64,000 nt of DNA from Escherichia coli (GCF_016903815.1 NZ_CP069973.1), one strand, 5' to 3'; positions 22,970-34,617 are shown, counted from the stretch's first letter. The notes: generated by a model from the letters alone, not told the origin. Numbers and translations are program-made.

Positions 22970-22995
22970 AAAAATAGGCCCGTTAACTCGGGCCT
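22970..22995 (-). terminator. Rho-independent terminator of uspE (the hairpin also follows ynaJ)
   Basis: Minus strand reads aggcccg-agttaa-cgggcct followed by tatttttt. Confidence 0.75.
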
Positions 22996-23015
22996 TGTCA
23001 GTTATTGAAGAGTCG

Positions 23016-23966
23016 TTAATCGTCTTCTTCGTCATCCAGTTCAACGGGTGTCTGATATTGGTCAGGTTTAATGACCAGCAGGTCGCAGCGAAGATGATCA
23101 ATCACCTGTTCCGCCGTGTTGCCGAGGAATGCTGCTGAAATACCGGTGCGTCCGACCGTGCCCAGAACCACAATCCCCGCCTGTAAATGCTCCGCCAAAT
23201 CAGGAATCACCTCTTCTGGCAGACCTTTTTCTACGTGCGTCATGTTTTCATTAATGCCGAATTTCTGCCGCAGGGCTTTCATTGCCAGCAAATGTTGCCC
23301 ACGAATGGCATCGTTATAAACGCTCGGATCAAATTCCGGCAGTTCAATCGCGATATTAATTGGCGTTACCGGATAAGCGCCAACCAGATGAACTTCGGTA
23401 TGGTTGACTTGTTCCGCCAGTTCGATCGTCTCTTTGACCAGTTTTTCATTGAGCGCATTATGGTACGGCTCTTCACTGGCGAGATTCACCGCCACCAGCG
23501 CCTTACCCCCTTCCGGCCACGGCTGGTCTTTCACCATCCACACCGGGCTTGGGCATTTGCGTAACAGATGCCAGTCCGTTGGCGTAAAAATCACCGCTTC
23601 CAGACGGTCATGTTGGTGCGCCATTTTTAGCACCAAATCGTGCCCGCCGCTGATCACTTCCTGAATGATGGCTTCGAAAGGACGGTTATGCCAGACCACT
23701 TTAATTTCAATGGGAACGCCAGCATTGAGATAATATTTTGCCTGCTCGTGGATCCAGGCTGTACGCTGGCTGATGACGCCCTGACGCATAGCGGTACGTT
23801 CGTCCGGGGAGAGCAGGGTAGTCATTTCGTATGAGAAGTCATAGATCGGCAAAAAGGCTTTAATTTTGCCACCAATCCGTTGATGTAAATAAACAGCTCG
23901 CCGCAATGCTGGTTGGTCGTCCTGGTTAGGATCGATAACAACGAGCATGTTCTGATACATAGCCAT
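23016..23966 (-). CDS. uspE: Tandem-domain universal stress protein E
   Basis: Start is set at [15 protein letters not shown] (316 aa). Confidence 0.94.
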   Translation of the reverse strand: MAMYQNMLVVIDPNQDDQPALRRAVYLHQRIGGKIKAFLPIYDFSYEMTTLLSPDERTAMRQGVISQRTAWIHEQAKYYLNAGVPIEIKVVWHNRPFEAIIQEVISGGHDLVLKMAHQHDRLEAVIFTPTDWHLLRKCPSPVWMVKDQPWPEGGKALVAVNLASEEPYHNALNEKLVKETIELAEQVNHTEVHLVGAYPVTPINIAIELPEFDPSVYNDAIRGQHLLAMKALRQKFGINENMTHVEKGLPEEVIPDLAEHLQAGIVVLGTVGRTGISAAFLGNTAEQVIDHLRCDLLVIKPDQYQTPVELDDEEDD

Positions 23967-24117
23967 ACAGGGTCTCCTTACAACAACTGTCAACGCAGTT
24001 TGTAATTAAAAGATTAACCCATATCTGGTGAATGAAACAGTGATGAACCTTCTGCCAGATCAATAAATCAGAAAAATTTAATGATATGACAGAAGGATAG
24101 TGAGTTATGCGGAAAAA

Positions 24118-24870
24118 TCAGGCAACGTTACGCGTATGACCAGCAAGCTGGGCCAGCGCGTCGTTATTTTCGATGGTGATGTATTTACCTTTGACTGCCA
24201 GCATACCGCTTTTCTGGAAGCGACCCAGCAGACGGCTGATGGTTTCTACCGTCAGGCCCAGATAGTTACCGATATCGCCACGAGTCATCGTCAGGCGGAA
24301 TTCACGAGGGGAGAAGCCGCGTTGGGCAAAACGACGGGACAGGTTGTAGATGAATGCTGCCAGACGTTCCTCGGCATTTTTCTTCGACAACAGCAGGATC
24401 ATGTCCTGATCGCCTTTGATTTCACCGCTCATCAGACGCATCATCTGCTGACGCAGATTCGGCATTTTACCAGACAAATCGTCCAGCGTTTCGAACGGGA
24501 TTTCACATACCATCGAGGTTTCCAGCGCCTGCGCGAAGCTCGGGTGATGACCGCTGCCGATAGCGTCAAATCCCACCAGGTCGCCTGCTAAATGGAAACC
24601 AGTGATTTGCTCGTCGCCTTGCTCAGTGATGGTATAACTTTTAATCGTACCGGAGCGGATGGCATAAAGCGATTTAAGTTCATCTCCAGCCTTAAACAGC
24701 GTCTGGCCTTTCTGAATAGGCTTCTTCCGCTCAATGATATTATCAAGCTGATCAAGCTCATGTTCGTTGAGTGTGAACGGGATGCAAAGCTGGCTGATGC
24801 TGCAATCCTGGCAATGGATAGCACAACCGCCAGACTGAATGCGCCGTATAATTCGCTTTTCCGGGATCAT
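24118..24870 (-). CDS. fnr: Oxygen-sensing global regulator FNR
   Basis: Start is set at [29 protein letters not shown] (250 aa). It has the N-terminal Fe-S cysteine cluster and a CRP-family HTH. Confidence 0.97.
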
Positions 24871-25064
24871 AGGTCTGCTCAAGCCGTAATTGATATTTGT
24901 CAATTTTAACATCTTTTTAGGGAGCAAGTAAGTCTAAGCAAACCTTAACAGCAGAGAATTCCGATATTAGATGTAAATATATGTCTATCTATTTGAAAAC
25001 CCTTAAGTTGTTAAGGGTAACTTTACATAAAAGTGTGAACAAGCTGGCACAAATTGTTTAATGT

Positions 25065-25580
25065 TTACAGCAAAAGATAACCTTCGTGGCGTAATAACCA
25101 CTCTTTTCGCTGAACTCCGCCTGCATATCCGGTCATGGTACCGTTTCTGCCAATGACCCGATGACAAGGCACAACAATGCTGATGGGATTCGATCCGTTA
25201 GCCGCACCAACGGCACGCGCCGCGCCAGGGCGACCCAATTGTTCGGCCAGTTGACCGTAATGCATTACCTGCCCGCAGGGGATAGTACGTAGTGTTTTCC
25301 AGACTTCGCGCTGAAATGGCGTCCCCCCCGTGGCAGTGGGAAGCGTATCAATAATGCTAAGATTACCGGCAAAATATTCACGAAGCTTGTCGCTTAAACC
25401 ACCTGGGTTGGTGGCAGAAATGCGTTCATAGCCTTCTTTGCGGTAATGGATGTCCAGCAGCTGCACCATGCGTTCGCTGTACTCTTCCCATTCAACCGCC
25501 CGCAGGCGAAATTGCTCATCGCAAATCACCCACAGTGGACCCAGTGGCGTGACAATTTTTTCTTCAAGTAATCTCAGCAT
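25065..25580 (-). CDS. ogt: O6-alkylguanine-DNA methyltransferase
   Basis: 171 aa with the active-site motif PCHRV. Confidence 0.95.
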   Translation of the reverse strand: MLRLLEEKIVTPLGPLWVICDEQFRLRAVEWEEYSERMVQLLDIHYRKEGYERISATNPGGLSDKLREYFAGNLSIIDTLPTATGGTPFQREVWKTLRTIPCGQVMHYGQLAEQLGRPGAARAVGAANGSNPISIVVPCHRVIGRNGTMTGYAGGVQRKEWLLRHEGYLLL

Positions 25581-25590
25581 CCGTTCTCTC

Positions 25591-27117
25591 TTAAGACAAA
25601 CGTGGGTAAATCCCCGGACCTATCGGCAGACCGACAAGATACCACGCCAGCAACATCAGCAGCCATACCACCAAAAAGATAAGTGGATAGGGCAAAACTA
25701 ACGAATAGTAAGTACCCAGTTTCGCGTCTGGTTTGTAGCGTTGCAGGAATCCAAGAAACAGTGGAACAAAAGGAGATACCGGCGCTAAAGGCAATACGGA
25801 TGAGTCGGCAATACGAAAGAGGATTTGCGCAAATGCCGGGTGAAAGCCAAGTAGCATAAACATCGGTACGAAAATGGGGGCCAGAATCGACCAGATTGCG
25901 GAACCGCTGGCGATAAACATGCATAAGAAAGAGGAAAGCAACGCCAGACCGACAAACGCCGGGATGCCGCTAAGCCCTGAACTTTCCAGTATATCGGTCA
26001 GCCCCACGGCGATGAATTTCCCCATGTTGCTCCAGTTAAACATGGCGACAAACTGGGCGAGGGGAAAAACCATCACGATAAATCCCGCCATCTCTTTCAT
26101 CGGTTCAATCATTAATTGCGGTAAATCCGCCTGACGTCGAATTGTGCGGGTAGCGATGCCATAAGCCAGCGAGACCACAAAGAAAAAAAGAATGATCAGT
26201 GGCACGATACCTTTAATAAAGGGTGATGGCATCACGGTGTGATTAATCGGATCGCGCAATATCCCGTTTTCCGGGATCACCATCAGCGCAATCGCAGCAA
26301 TAAAAAGTAGCGATACGACACCTGCTATGCGTAAACCAAAACGCTGACTTTCGGTCAATGTCTGCAGTTTCTCATCGCTGTTTCCCTGCCATTGACCTAA
26401 CCGTGGCTCGATGATTTTGTCGGTTATCAGGCCGCCAACAATCGTCAGTACGACTACGGAGCTGGCCATAAAATACCAGTTATCAATTACACTGACGTGC
26501 ATTTGCGGATTGAACGCAGCCGCCGCTTCCGTGCTGATCCCCGACAGCAACACGTCGGTTGTGACAATCAGTAAATTAGCCGTAAAGCCGCAACCTACGC
26601 CTGCAATGGCAGCCAGTAAACCTGCAACTGGATGCCTGCCCACCGCCAGAAAAATCAGTGCACCCATCGGTGGCATGATCACTAACGCCGCATCGGAAGA
26701 AATGTGGCTGAAAAAAGCAATAAACAGCACCATATAACTGGCGTAGCGGGCATTAACATGCGATGCCATTTTAACCATCAACGCTGGCAGTAAGCCGACG
26801 CGCTCCGCCAGACCGGCACCTAAAACCAGCGCCAGGATCGCGCCAAGTGGAGCAAAACCGCTAAAGTTTTTAATAACATTGGGTAAAAACCAGTGTAATC
26901 CTTCCACACTGAGCAGGTTTTTCACGACCACCGGCGTACCATCGGTCGGGTTTTTCGCACTGACGCCAAAGGCCGACAAAATTGCCGTCGTAACCATGAG
27001 TACGATAATCAAATAGATAAAGAGCAAAAAAGGATGGGGAACCTTGTTACCAATTCTTTCGACCCAGCCATAGAGCTTCCCGGATTGGGAGGACGACGGT
27101 ATGGATGACATACTCAT
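25591..27117 (-). CDS. abgT: p-Aminobenzoyl-glutamate transporter (AbgT family)
   Basis: Start is set at MSMSSIPSS (508 aa). Polytopic membrane protein. Confidence 0.93.
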   Translation of the reverse strand: MSMSSIPSSSQSGKLYGWVERIGNKVPHPFLLFIYLIIVLMVTTAILSAFGVSAKNPTDGTPVVVKNLLSVEGLHWFLPNVIKNFSGFAPLGAILALVLGAGLAERVGLLPALMVKMASHVNARYASYMVLFIAFFSHISSDAALVIMPPMGALIFLAVGRHPVAGLLAAIAGVGCGFTANLLIVTTDVLLSGISTEAAAAFNPQMHVSVIDNWYFMASSVVVLTIVGGLITDKIIEPRLGQWQGNSDEKLQTLTESQRFGLRIAGVVSLLFIAAIALMVIPENGILRDPINHTVMPSPFIKGIVPLIILFFFVVSLAYGIATRTIRRQADLPQLMIEPMKEMAGFIVMVFPLAQFVAMFNWSNMGKFIAVGLTDILESSGLSGIPAFVGLALLSSFLCMFIASGSAIWSILAPIFVPMFMLLGFHPAFAQILFRIADSSVLPLAPVSPFVPLFLGFLQRYKPDAKLGTYYSLVLPYPLIFLVVWLLMLLAWYLVGLPIGPGIYPRLS

Positions 27118-27153
27118 GGGCATTCCTCGTTTGTTGTGTTTGCGTTGTTGTTG

Positions 27154-28599
27154 TTATTTTAAAGGTGACGGTGTCACGTTTTTCGGGATAGGGCAGTGAT
27201 ACGGTTGCGTGTCCGTAACTTGCTGATGCTCTTGTTGGCATTCTTGCAATAGCCCTGAATCAATGAAGAGATTAAGTGTGGTTGCTGCCATAGTTTTCGC
27301 CGCCAGCAGCATTCCTTTATGAGCAATAGATGTTCGCCCCTGGCTAACCAGTTGCCACGTATGTAGCGGGGTACCGACGGCAAAGCAGGGGCTGAAACAC
27401 TGGGCAACAGGCAGTTTCCAACTGACGTCGCCGACATCAGTCGATGCCGCAAGCACGTTATCGGTGGCGGCATATGGAGCGACTTCATTCGCCAGTACCG
27501 TTTCACGATGACGTAGTGCAAAAGCCTTGCCGTTTTCGCCACCGGTTGCAGCGATATTATTCAGACTGTTTTGCCGATCGTTGGGGGTGAGCGTAGCCTG
27601 AATTTGTTTCGCAAAAGCCAGTTCTTCGCAGTTCCATTCCGGGGTACCAAAATGGGATAGGGCTCGGTACATGGCATTTTCTAAGGTGCGATTCGGGAGA
27701 TAACTGGAACAGGCTTTGTCGAAGCGGCATTCAACCGTGGTTTCGGTCATCAATGCCGCACCTTCGGCGATTTTGGCGACCCGATCATAAATATGCTGCA
27801 CATCGGTCATTTCGGGGGCGCGGATAAGATAAAGCACTTCTGCCTGCGCCTGGACCACGTTGGGCGAGATCCCGCCGCTATCTGTGATGGCATAGTGTAC
27901 GCGCGCTTTTTCAATAATATGTTCGTTGAGGAAGTTGGTGCCAGTGGTCATCAACGTTACGGCATCAAGGGCGCTGCGTCCCAAATGAGGGGAATTCGCG
28001 GCATGTGCTGCGATCCCTTTAAAGCGCCATGATGCCTGAATGTTTGCCAGCGTGCGGGTATTGAACATACCGGCAAAGGCTTCCGGGTGCCAGGTGAGTG
28101 CCGCATCCACATCATCAAATACCCCCTCGCGGACCATGAACGTTTTACCCGAGCCGCCTTCTTCGCCAGGACAACCATAAAAGCGCACCGTGCCGCATTG
28201 CCCATATTGTTCCAGCCATTTCTTGACGGCTATTGCTGCGGCAAAGGCGGCGGTTCCCAGCAAATTGTGTCCGCAACCGTGACCATTTTCACCGGGCGTC
28301 GCGGATGTAGGTTGCGCGCAACCTGCTTGCTGACTTAAACCTGCCAGGGCGTCATATTCCCCCAGCAGGGCGATAACCGGTTTGCCTTGACCAAACGAAG
28401 CAATAAAGGCATTTGGGATATTGCCTACGTTGCGGGTAACGGTGAAGCCTGCAGACTCCAGCGCCGAAGCCAGATGCTCCGCTGACCAGAACTCTTCAAA
28501 ACGTGTTTCTGGATGATCCCAGATTTGATCGGCAATATCGGTATAACGTTGGCGATCGGCTTCAATCGCATCGTCGATAAAACGATAGATTTCCTGCAT
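27154..28599 (-). CDS. abgB: p-Aminobenzoyl-glutamate hydrolase subunit B (M20 peptidase)
   Basis: 481 aa M20-family sequence in the abg operon position. Confidence 0.93.
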   Translation of the reverse strand: MQEIYRFIDDAIEADRQRYTDIADQIWDHPETRFEEFWSAEHLASALESAGFTVTRNVGNIPNAFIASFGQGKPVIALLGEYDALAGLSQQAGCAQPTSATPGENGHGCGHNLLGTAAFAAAIAVKKWLEQYGQCGTVRFYGCPGEEGGSGKTFMVREGVFDDVDAALTWHPEAFAGMFNTRTLANIQASWRFKGIAAHAANSPHLGRSALDAVTLMTTGTNFLNEHIIEKARVHYAITDSGGISPNVVQAQAEVLYLIRAPEMTDVQHIYDRVAKIAEGAALMTETTVECRFDKACSSYLPNRTLENAMYRALSHFGTPEWNCEELAFAKQIQATLTPNDRQNSLNNIAATGGENGKAFALRHRETVLANEVAPYAATDNVLAASTDVGDVSWKLPVAQCFSPCFAVGTPLHTWQLVSQGRTSIAHKGMLLAAKTMAATTLNLFIDSGLLQECQQEHQQVTDTQPYHCPIPKNVTPSPLK

Positions 28600-29909
28600 C
28601 AGATACCTCGCGTCCAGGGAAAATTGAGCGCGGTGCGCGCCAGCGTTTCGACGGCAATAGCGAGAACCTGCTCGTCAAAATCGAATTTTTCGTTGTGATG
28701 ACCTGCCGCCAGCTGTGTGCCAAACACCATATAGGAGGCTTGCCCTTGATGTTGCTGCACGCGGGCCATCATTAATGTGGCATCTTCGGAACCCGCAGGC
28801 GCTTCAACACGTTCAATGGCTTGATTGACCCCCGGGACCTGAGCTGCCTGACTTTGCAACCATGCGACCCATTGCGGCGAAGGAGAACTGGCGGTAGCTG
28901 CACCCATCAGACGAGTTTCAACGCCGACACCATACATGGTTGCTGCGCCCTGAATCGCTTGTTGTGCACGTTCAAAAACATATTGATTAATGACGTCGCT
29001 GGCCCCGCGTGTTTCCACTTTCAGCAACGCTGAGGCGGGAACAACATTACGACCGCTTCCTGCCTGCATAACGCCCACGTTTACTCTGGAAGCGCCTTCG
29101 CTGTGCGGGGCGATTGCATGCAGTGCAAGAGTTGCTTGTGCTGCCGCCAACAAGGCATTGTGACCGTCTTCTGGTTTTGCGCCTGCGTGAGCGGCGGTCC
29201 CGGTGAAGTGCGCGTCAAATTTGGTGGTTGCCATAAAATTATCACTGCCGCACACCACGGTGCCCGCAGGTACGCCAGTGCCAATGTGCACGGCAGTAAA
29301 ATAATCAACATCATCCACTACACCTGCATCGACCATCGCCCGCGCGCCACGCGTACCTTCTTCTGCAGGTTGAAAAATCAGTTTGATGACGCCATGTAGT
29401 CCGGACTCGAACTGTTTAAGGGTATGCGCCAGCCCAAGTCCAATGGCGGTATGTCCATCATGACCACAGGCATGCATCATTCCGGCGTTACATGACGCAA
29501 AACCGTCGCGGTAGGGGCGATGGCTGACATCCCGTTCTTCACTGAGATCCAGCGCGTCCATATCGACACGGAAAGCCATCACCGGACCGGGGCGACCGGT
29601 ATCCAGGGTAGCGACGATGCCAGTGAAACCGCCTTCAAAAGCCGCAATCCATTGTTCTAGCGCACCCTGTTGACGAGCGCGCTCGAATTCGCGTTGTAGA
29701 GTGAATTCATCAGGTAATCCCATCCGGCTACTTTCATTAACTACTTCGCGGCCCAGCGCCAGTGAATAACCGAGCTGGTGCAATTCTTCCGCAACAAGGG
29801 TGGCAGTGCGGAATTCCACCCAGCCAGACTCTGCATAGTGGTGAAAATCACGTCGCCAGTGCGATAATTTTGGGGCAAACGAATTAACAAATTGATTCAA
29901 AGACTCCAT
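28599..29909 (-). CDS. abgA: p-Aminobenzoyl-glutamate hydrolase subunit A (M20 peptidase)
   Basis: Start is set at MESLNQFVNSFAPKL (436 aa). Confidence 0.92.
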   Translation of the reverse strand: MESLNQFVNSFAPKLSHWRRDFHHYAESGWVEFRTATLVAEELHQLGYSLALGREVVNESSRMGLPDEFTLQREFERARQQGALEQWIAAFEGGFTGIVATLDTGRPGPVMAFRVDMDALDLSEERDVSHRPYRDGFASCNAGMMHACGHDGHTAIGLGLAHTLKQFESGLHGVIKLIFQPAEEGTRGARAMVDAGVVDDVDYFTAVHIGTGVPAGTVVCGSDNFMATTKFDAHFTGTAAHAGAKPEDGHNALLAAAQATLALHAIAPHSEGASRVNVGVMQAGSGRNVVPASALLKVETRGASDVINQYVFERAQQAIQGAATMYGVGVETRLMGAATASSPSPQWVAWLQSQAAQVPGVNQAIERVEAPAGSEDATLMMARVQQHQGQASYMVFGTQLAAGHHNEKFDFDEQVLAIAVETLARTALNFPWTRGI

Positions 29910-30084
29910 AACCTTTCCCGTCATCAGTAAAAAGTGTGACCCGGTTCACGTAGCGATAGTTTTTACTTATCACTAACTGATTTTTCACAGTTTTAACCGT
30001 TCATAAATTACCCTGACACAATCATCTGCATTAAAGTAGATGCCAGTTTCTTTGGTCTGATAAATAACGGTTATCGGTGGCGTC

Positions 30085-30993
30085 ATGGCTTTTCAGGTAA
30101 AAATTCATCAAATTCGGGCTTTTGTTGAAGTGGCTCGTCAGGGCAGCATTCGCGGAGCGAGCCGAATGTTGAATATGTCGCAACCGGCACTGAGTAAATC
30201 TATTCAGGAGCTGGAAGAAGGGTTGGCGGCACAACTCTTTTTTCGCCGTAGTAAAGGCGTGACGTTAACTGATGCCGGTGAAAGTTTTTATCAGCACGCC
30301 AGTCTTATTCTTGAAGAGCTGCGCGCAGCGCAAGAGGATATTCGCCAACGACAAGGGCAACTGGCAGGGCAAATTAATATCGGCATGGGGGCCAGTATTT
30401 CCCGCAGTCTGATGCCAGCTGTCATATCTCGTTTTCATCAGCAGCATCCGCAGGTAAAAGTACGCATTATGGAAGGGCAACTGGTGTCGATGATTAATGA
30501 ATTGCGCCAGGGAGAACTGGATTTCACCATCAATACCTATTATCAGGGACCCTACGACCACGAATTTACTTTTGAGAAATTACTGGAAAAGCAATTCGCG
30601 ATCTTTTGCCGCCCGGGACATCCCGCCATTGGTGCCCGTTCGATCAAACAGTTACTGGACTACAGCTGGACAATGCCGACGCCACACGGCAGCTACTACA
30701 AACAGTTGAGTGAATTGCTTGACGATCAGGCGCAAACGCCACAGGTCGGTGTAGTCTGCGAGACGTTCTCAGCCTGTATCAGTCTGGTGGCAAAAAGCGA
30801 TTTTCTCAGCATACTACCTGAAGAAATGGGCTGCGATCCCTTGCACGGACAGGGGCTGGTGATGTTGCCGGTTAGCGAAATTTTACCGAAAGCGACCTAT
30901 TATTTGATTCAGCGGCGTGATAGTCGCCAGACACCACTGACCGCGTCATTAATCACGCAATTTCGGCGAGAATGCGGCTATCTGCAAAGTTAA
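30085..30993 (+). CDS. abgR: LysR-family regulator of the abg operon
   Basis: 302 aa with a LysR HTH. It is divergent from abgA. Confidence 0.93.
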   Translation: MAFQVKIHQIRAFVEVARQGSIRGASRMLNMSQPALSKSIQELEEGLAAQLFFRRSKGVTLTDAGESFYQHASLILEELRAAQEDIRQRQGQLAGQINIGMGASISRSLMPAVISRFHQQHPQVKVRIMEGQLVSMINELRQGELDFTINTYYQGPYDHEFTFEKLLEKQFAIFCRPGHPAIGARSIKQLLDYSWTMPTPHGSYYKQLSELLDDQAQTPQVGVVCETFSACISLVAKSDFLSILPEEMGCDPLHGQGLVMLPVSEILPKATYYLIQRRDSRQTPLTASLITQFRRECGYLQS

Positions 30994-30999
30994 AACTGC

Positions 31000-31095
31000 A
31001 TAAAAAAATAGAGCCTGTCGACATCCGCCAGACTCTACAGTACACACAGCAGTGCATCCTCGTCTTAAATCCGGCCTGGGGTCCTGGTGGCCGGT
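31000..31095 (-). ncRNA. mcaS: sRNA McaS (IsrA)
   Basis: Minus strand reads accggccaccaggaccccaggccggatttaagacgaggatgcactgctgtgtgtactgtagagtctggcggatgtcgacaggctctatttttttat. The 3' ~70 nt match my memory of K-12 McaS nearly exactly, including the terminator. The 5' stem-loop differs. Confidence 0.85.
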
Positions 31096-31165
31096 GACAG
31101 TGTTATAACGGTTTTACCCATCCGTTGCCAATTTTCTTCAGTGACAGATTTCACGAAAATATAAG

Positions 31166-31981
31166 TTAAATCATTTGTCTTGTGATTGCATAATCATGCA
31201 TCGTTAATCGACGAGTAAATTTACCGGGCGAGTAGCCCGTTCGACGCTTAAACATATTGCCGAACGATTCAGCTGAGGCATAGCCCAGACGATGGGCAAT
31301 TTTGGTCAACGAATATCCATCATCAAGAAGCGTCACTGCAGAAATAACGTGCATTTGCTGAACCCAGTGGCGAAATGTTAATCCCGTCTCTTTAACAAAT
31401 AAGCGCATGAGTGTACGGCTACTGACGTTAATTTTATCCGCTAGATTATCCAGTGTTGGCAGATACCCTTGGTTGTTTAGCAAATTCTCACAAAGCTGCT
31501 GTAGCCGCTCATCATTTGGCCAAGGGAGTTCAAGTGACATTTTCACCCCCATTTTTATTTCCTGAAGTATCAGTGTCTCGAGGGCTGAAAAACGTAACTG
31601 TTGTTTATCTGTGGTACTTTGCGACGGTGGAAGTTGGTTAATTGCAATTAGTAATTCCCTTAACAGGGGTGAAATACCCGTCATGAAGCAAACTTTTCCC
31701 AGCGTTTCACTTTCCGCTTCTGAAACCAGTACGGTTTTTAAAAGTACGTTGCCTGTCGCAACAAACTTATGCGGCATTTGTGGGGGCAGCCAAAGCGCGC
31801 TGCTGGCATGCACTAACCAGACGCTTTCTCCAGCCCATACACGAACGACTCCTTCAGCCGGGTAAAGCAACTGGGCATAGAGATGTTTATGCCAGGGAAC
31901 TGTGCCTCCATTCAGATGTTCCGAATCCAGTCCGATAATGTGATGCCCTGGTGATGCTTTGGGTTGCAGTGTGATTGTCAT
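31166..31981 (-). CDS. AraC/XylS-family regulator (cupin N-domain + 2x HTH)
   Basis: 271 aa. The C-terminal AraC HTH region is LADKINVSSRTLMRLFVKETG...IAHRLGYASAESFGNMFKRRTGYSPGKF. It is divergent from the efflux genes. Confidence 0.85.
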   Translation of the reverse strand: MTITLQPKASPGHHIIGLDSEHLNGGTVPWHKHLYAQLLYPAEGVVRVWAGESVWLVHASSALWLPPQMPHKFVATGNVLLKTVLVSEAESETLGKVCFMTGISPLLRELLIAINQLPPSQSTTDKQQLRFSALETLILQEIKMGVKMSLELPWPNDERLQQLCENLLNNQGYLPTLDNLADKINVSSRTLMRLFVKETGLTFRHWVQQMHVISAVTLLDDGYSLTKIAHRLGYASAESFGNMFKRRTGYSPGKFTRRLTMHDYAITRQMI

Positions 31982-32074
31982 TTACAGTAGGTATTTTGTC
32001 AGAAATCATCAAATAAGCCATGTTAAATTTTAAATATGACGAATGCAAGTTTCCGGATATATACGGTGTAAAGA

Positions 32075-33106
32075 GTGATGATAATTTCTAAAAAACAGCT
32101 TATTGGGGTGGTAGCGATCGGTATTATTTTGGCTGGCGTTGCCTTTTTTATCTGGTGGGTAAGCAAAGGAAGATTTATACAGACGACGGATGATGCTTAC
32201 ATTGGTGGTAATATCACCACGGTGGCAAGTAAAGTTTCTGGTTATATTTCTGCTATAGAGGTGCGCGATAATCAGAGCGTAAAAAAAGGCGATATTATCC
32301 TGCGTCTCGATGATCGGGATTATCGTGCAAATGTCGCCAGGCTTGAGGCAAAAATAAAAAGTAGCAAAGCCAATCTCGAAAGCATTCAAGCCACTATTAC
32401 GATGCAGCAGTCGATAATTCAAAGTGCCAGTGAAACATGGCAGGCAGTAAAACATGAGGAGCAAAAGCGCCTGCGAGATACTGAACGTTATGAAAAACTC
32501 GCACAATCAGCGGCAATATCGCAACAAGTTATTGATAACGCAAGGTTTGACTACCAGCAGGTCACAGCAAAGGAGCGCAAAGCCGCGAACGATTTCATGG
32601 TGGAGAAGCAACGGCTGGCAGTTTTATCTGCTCAGGAAGAAAACGTACGTGCAAGTATCGAAGAAGTTCAGGCCGCTTTGACTCAGGCACTACTGGATCT
32701 GGAATATACCCTTGTTCGTGCGCCGATTGATGGCATTGTCGCAAACCGCAGCGCCCATACAGGCAGTTGGGTGGAAGGCGGCACATCGTTAGTTTCACTA
32801 GTACCAGTCAGTGAGTTGTGGGTTGATGCAAATTATAAAGAAAACCAAATAGCGGGAATGAAGCCAGGAATGAAGGCTGAGATCCGTGCTGATATTCTCA
32901 AAGGGGAAGTGTTTCACGGTCACATTGAAAGCCTTTCCCCAGCGACAGGAGCCAGTTTCAGCTTGATTCCGATAGAAAATGCCACTGGCAATTTCACCAA
33001 AATTGTTCAGCGTGTCCCGGTACGGATTGCATTTGACGACGCAAAGGAATTAAAGCAACTTCTTCGCCCGGGGCTGTCCGTCACCGTCAGTGTTGATGAG
33101 AGATGA
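32075..33106 (+). CDS. HlyD/EmrA-type membrane fusion protein
   Basis: 343 aa. It has an N-terminal TM anchor, a long coiled-coil and HlyD barrel motifs (LVRAPIDGIVANR). Confidence 0.85.
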   Translation: MMIISKKQLIGVVAIGIILAGVAFFIWWVSKGRFIQTTDDAYIGGNITTVASKVSGYISAIEVRDNQSVKKGDIILRLDDRDYRANVARLEAKIKSSKANLESIQATITMQQSIIQSASETWQAVKHEEQKRLRDTERYEKLAQSAAISQQVIDNARFDYQQVTAKERKAANDFMVEKQRLAVLSAQEENVRASIEEVQAALTQALLDLEYTLVRAPIDGIVANRSAHTGSWVEGGTSLVSLVPVSELWVDANYKENQIAGMKPGMKAEIRADILKGEVFHGHIESLSPATGASFSLIPIENATGNFTKIVQRVPVRIAFDDAKELKQLLRPGLSVTVSVDER

Positions 33107-34617
33107 TGTCTATGCGTAAACATATTGCTTTCGCCAGTATGTGTATGGGATTATTTATTGCTCAGCTTGATATTCAAATTGTATCGTCATCCCTAAATGA
33201 AATAGGTGGTGGTCTGTCCGCAGGTAAAGACGAAATGGCCTGGCTTCAGACCAGCTATTTAATTGCTGAGATTATTGTTATTCCGCTCTCTGGGTGGCTG
33301 TCACGGGTATTTTCCACTCGTTGGCTTTTTACTCTATCCGCGGGAATATTTACTTTAATGAGTATCGCGTGTGGACTTGCATGGAATATTCAGATCATGA
33401 TTTTGTTTCGTGCTTTACAGGGAGCGGCTGGCGCATCCATGATCCCTTTAGTTTTCACGACGGCGTTTATTTATTACCAGGGTAAAGAGTTGGGGTTGGC
33501 TGCTGCGGTAGTCAGTGCGCTGGCCTCACTGTCACCGACGCTAGGGCCAACTCTGGGGGGCTGGATCACTGATAACCTCGACTGGCGATGGCTATTTTAT
33601 ATCAATATATTACCTGGCATATATTTAGTTTTGAGTATTCCTTTTCTGGTTAATTTTGATAAACCTGATCTCTCTTTACTGAAAGTTGCTGATTATCCGA
33701 GTATTATCCTGTTGGCCATGACACTGGGATGTCTGGAATATACCCTTGAAGAAGGAGCGCGCTGGGGATGGCTGGATGATAATACTATTTTGCTGACATC
33801 AGTTCTGGCATTGGTGAGTTTTATTTTATTTGCTGCGCGTACACTTACAATATCCAATCCGATAATGGATCTTCATGCTTTTAAGGATAAAAATTTCACG
33901 CTGGGATGTTTTTTTTCTTTTTCTGGAGGGGTTGGGATATTCTCTACTGTATATTTAATACCTATGTTTTTGGGGCAGGTTCGCGGATTAAATGCCGAAG
34001 AGATAGGTTTTGCCGTTTGCACAACAGGTATTTTCCAGTTATTTTCTGTTCCCTTTTACTTCTGGTTAAGTAAAAAAATAAATCTGCGATGGCTGTTGAT
34101 GGCGGGGCTGGGTGGGTTTGTGTTTTCAATGTATCTTTTTACCCCTATAACCCACGAATGGGGATGGCAGGAGTTACTGTTTCCACAGGCAATTAGAGGG
34201 ATTTCGCAGCAGTTTGCGATGGCCCCCATCGTAACATTAACGCTGGGGGGAACTCCAAAAGAACGGCTGAAGTTAGCCTCTGGTGTATTTAATTTAACAC
34301 GTAATCTTGGGGGCGCGATTGGTATTGCCCTGTGTGGCTCTATTCTCAATAATCGAACTAATTTTCATTTTTCGAGAATGGGTGAAAAAATGGTTTCTGT
34401 TCCCCATACGGTGAATGACTTCATTTCCAGAAGTGCTTTGTTTTTTAATCGCAGTGGAAGTGACCAGACATCGGAAATACTAGCTTCAACCAAATTATTG
34501 AGTCAATTGATGCTGAGGGAGGCGCAAACTATGGCATTTTCGGATACCTTTCTGCTAATCAGTGGTCTGTTATTTATCGCATTTTTGTTGGTTCCTGCTA
34601 TGAATAAATCATCCTGA
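33103..34617 (+). CDS. EmrB/QacA-type (DHA2, 14-TM) MFS efflux permease
   Basis: 504 aa, coupled by an ATGA overlap to the MFP gene. MFS motifs include LFRALQGAAGASMIPL. Confidence 0.85.
   Translation: MMSMRKHIAFASMCMGLFIAQLDIQIVSSSLNEIGGGLSAGKDEMAWLQTSYLIAEIIVIPLSGWLSRVFSTRWLFTLSAGIFTLMSIACGLAWNIQIMILFRALQGAAGASMIPLVFTTAFIYYQGKELGLAAAVVSALASLSPTLGPTLGGWITDNLDWRWLFYINILPGIYLVLSIPFLVNFDKPDLSLLKVADYPSIILLAMTLGCLEYTLEEGARWGWLDDNTILLTSVLALVSFILFAARTLTISNPIMDLHAFKDKNFTLGCFFSFSGGVGIFSTVYLIPMFLGQVRGLNAEEIGFAVCTTGIFQLFSVPFYFWLSKKINLRWLLMAGLGGFVFSMYLFTPITHEWGWQELLFPQAIRGISQQFAMAPIVTLTLGGTPKERLKLASGVFNLTRNLGGAIGIALCGSILNNRTNFHFSRMGEKMVSVPHTVNDFISRSALFFNRSGSDQTSEILASTKLLSQLMLREAQTMAFSDTFLLISGLLFIAFLLVPAMNKSS

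Noticed and set aside
23116-29399. ORFs antisense to uspE, fnr, abgT, abgB and abgA. Examples are 23187-23564(+), 24100-24591(+), 24592-24909(+), 26411-26737(+), 27174-27542(-) and 29103-29399(+).
   Set aside because: Same reasoning as above: they are nested opposite or out of frame in recognised genes, and no translation signals are visible.
32030-32506. A 158-aa minus-strand ORF overlaps the start of the HlyD-like gene.
   Set aside because: It is antisense to a well-formed MFP gene, has an AT-rich Phe/Ile/Asn-biased composition, and has no SD.
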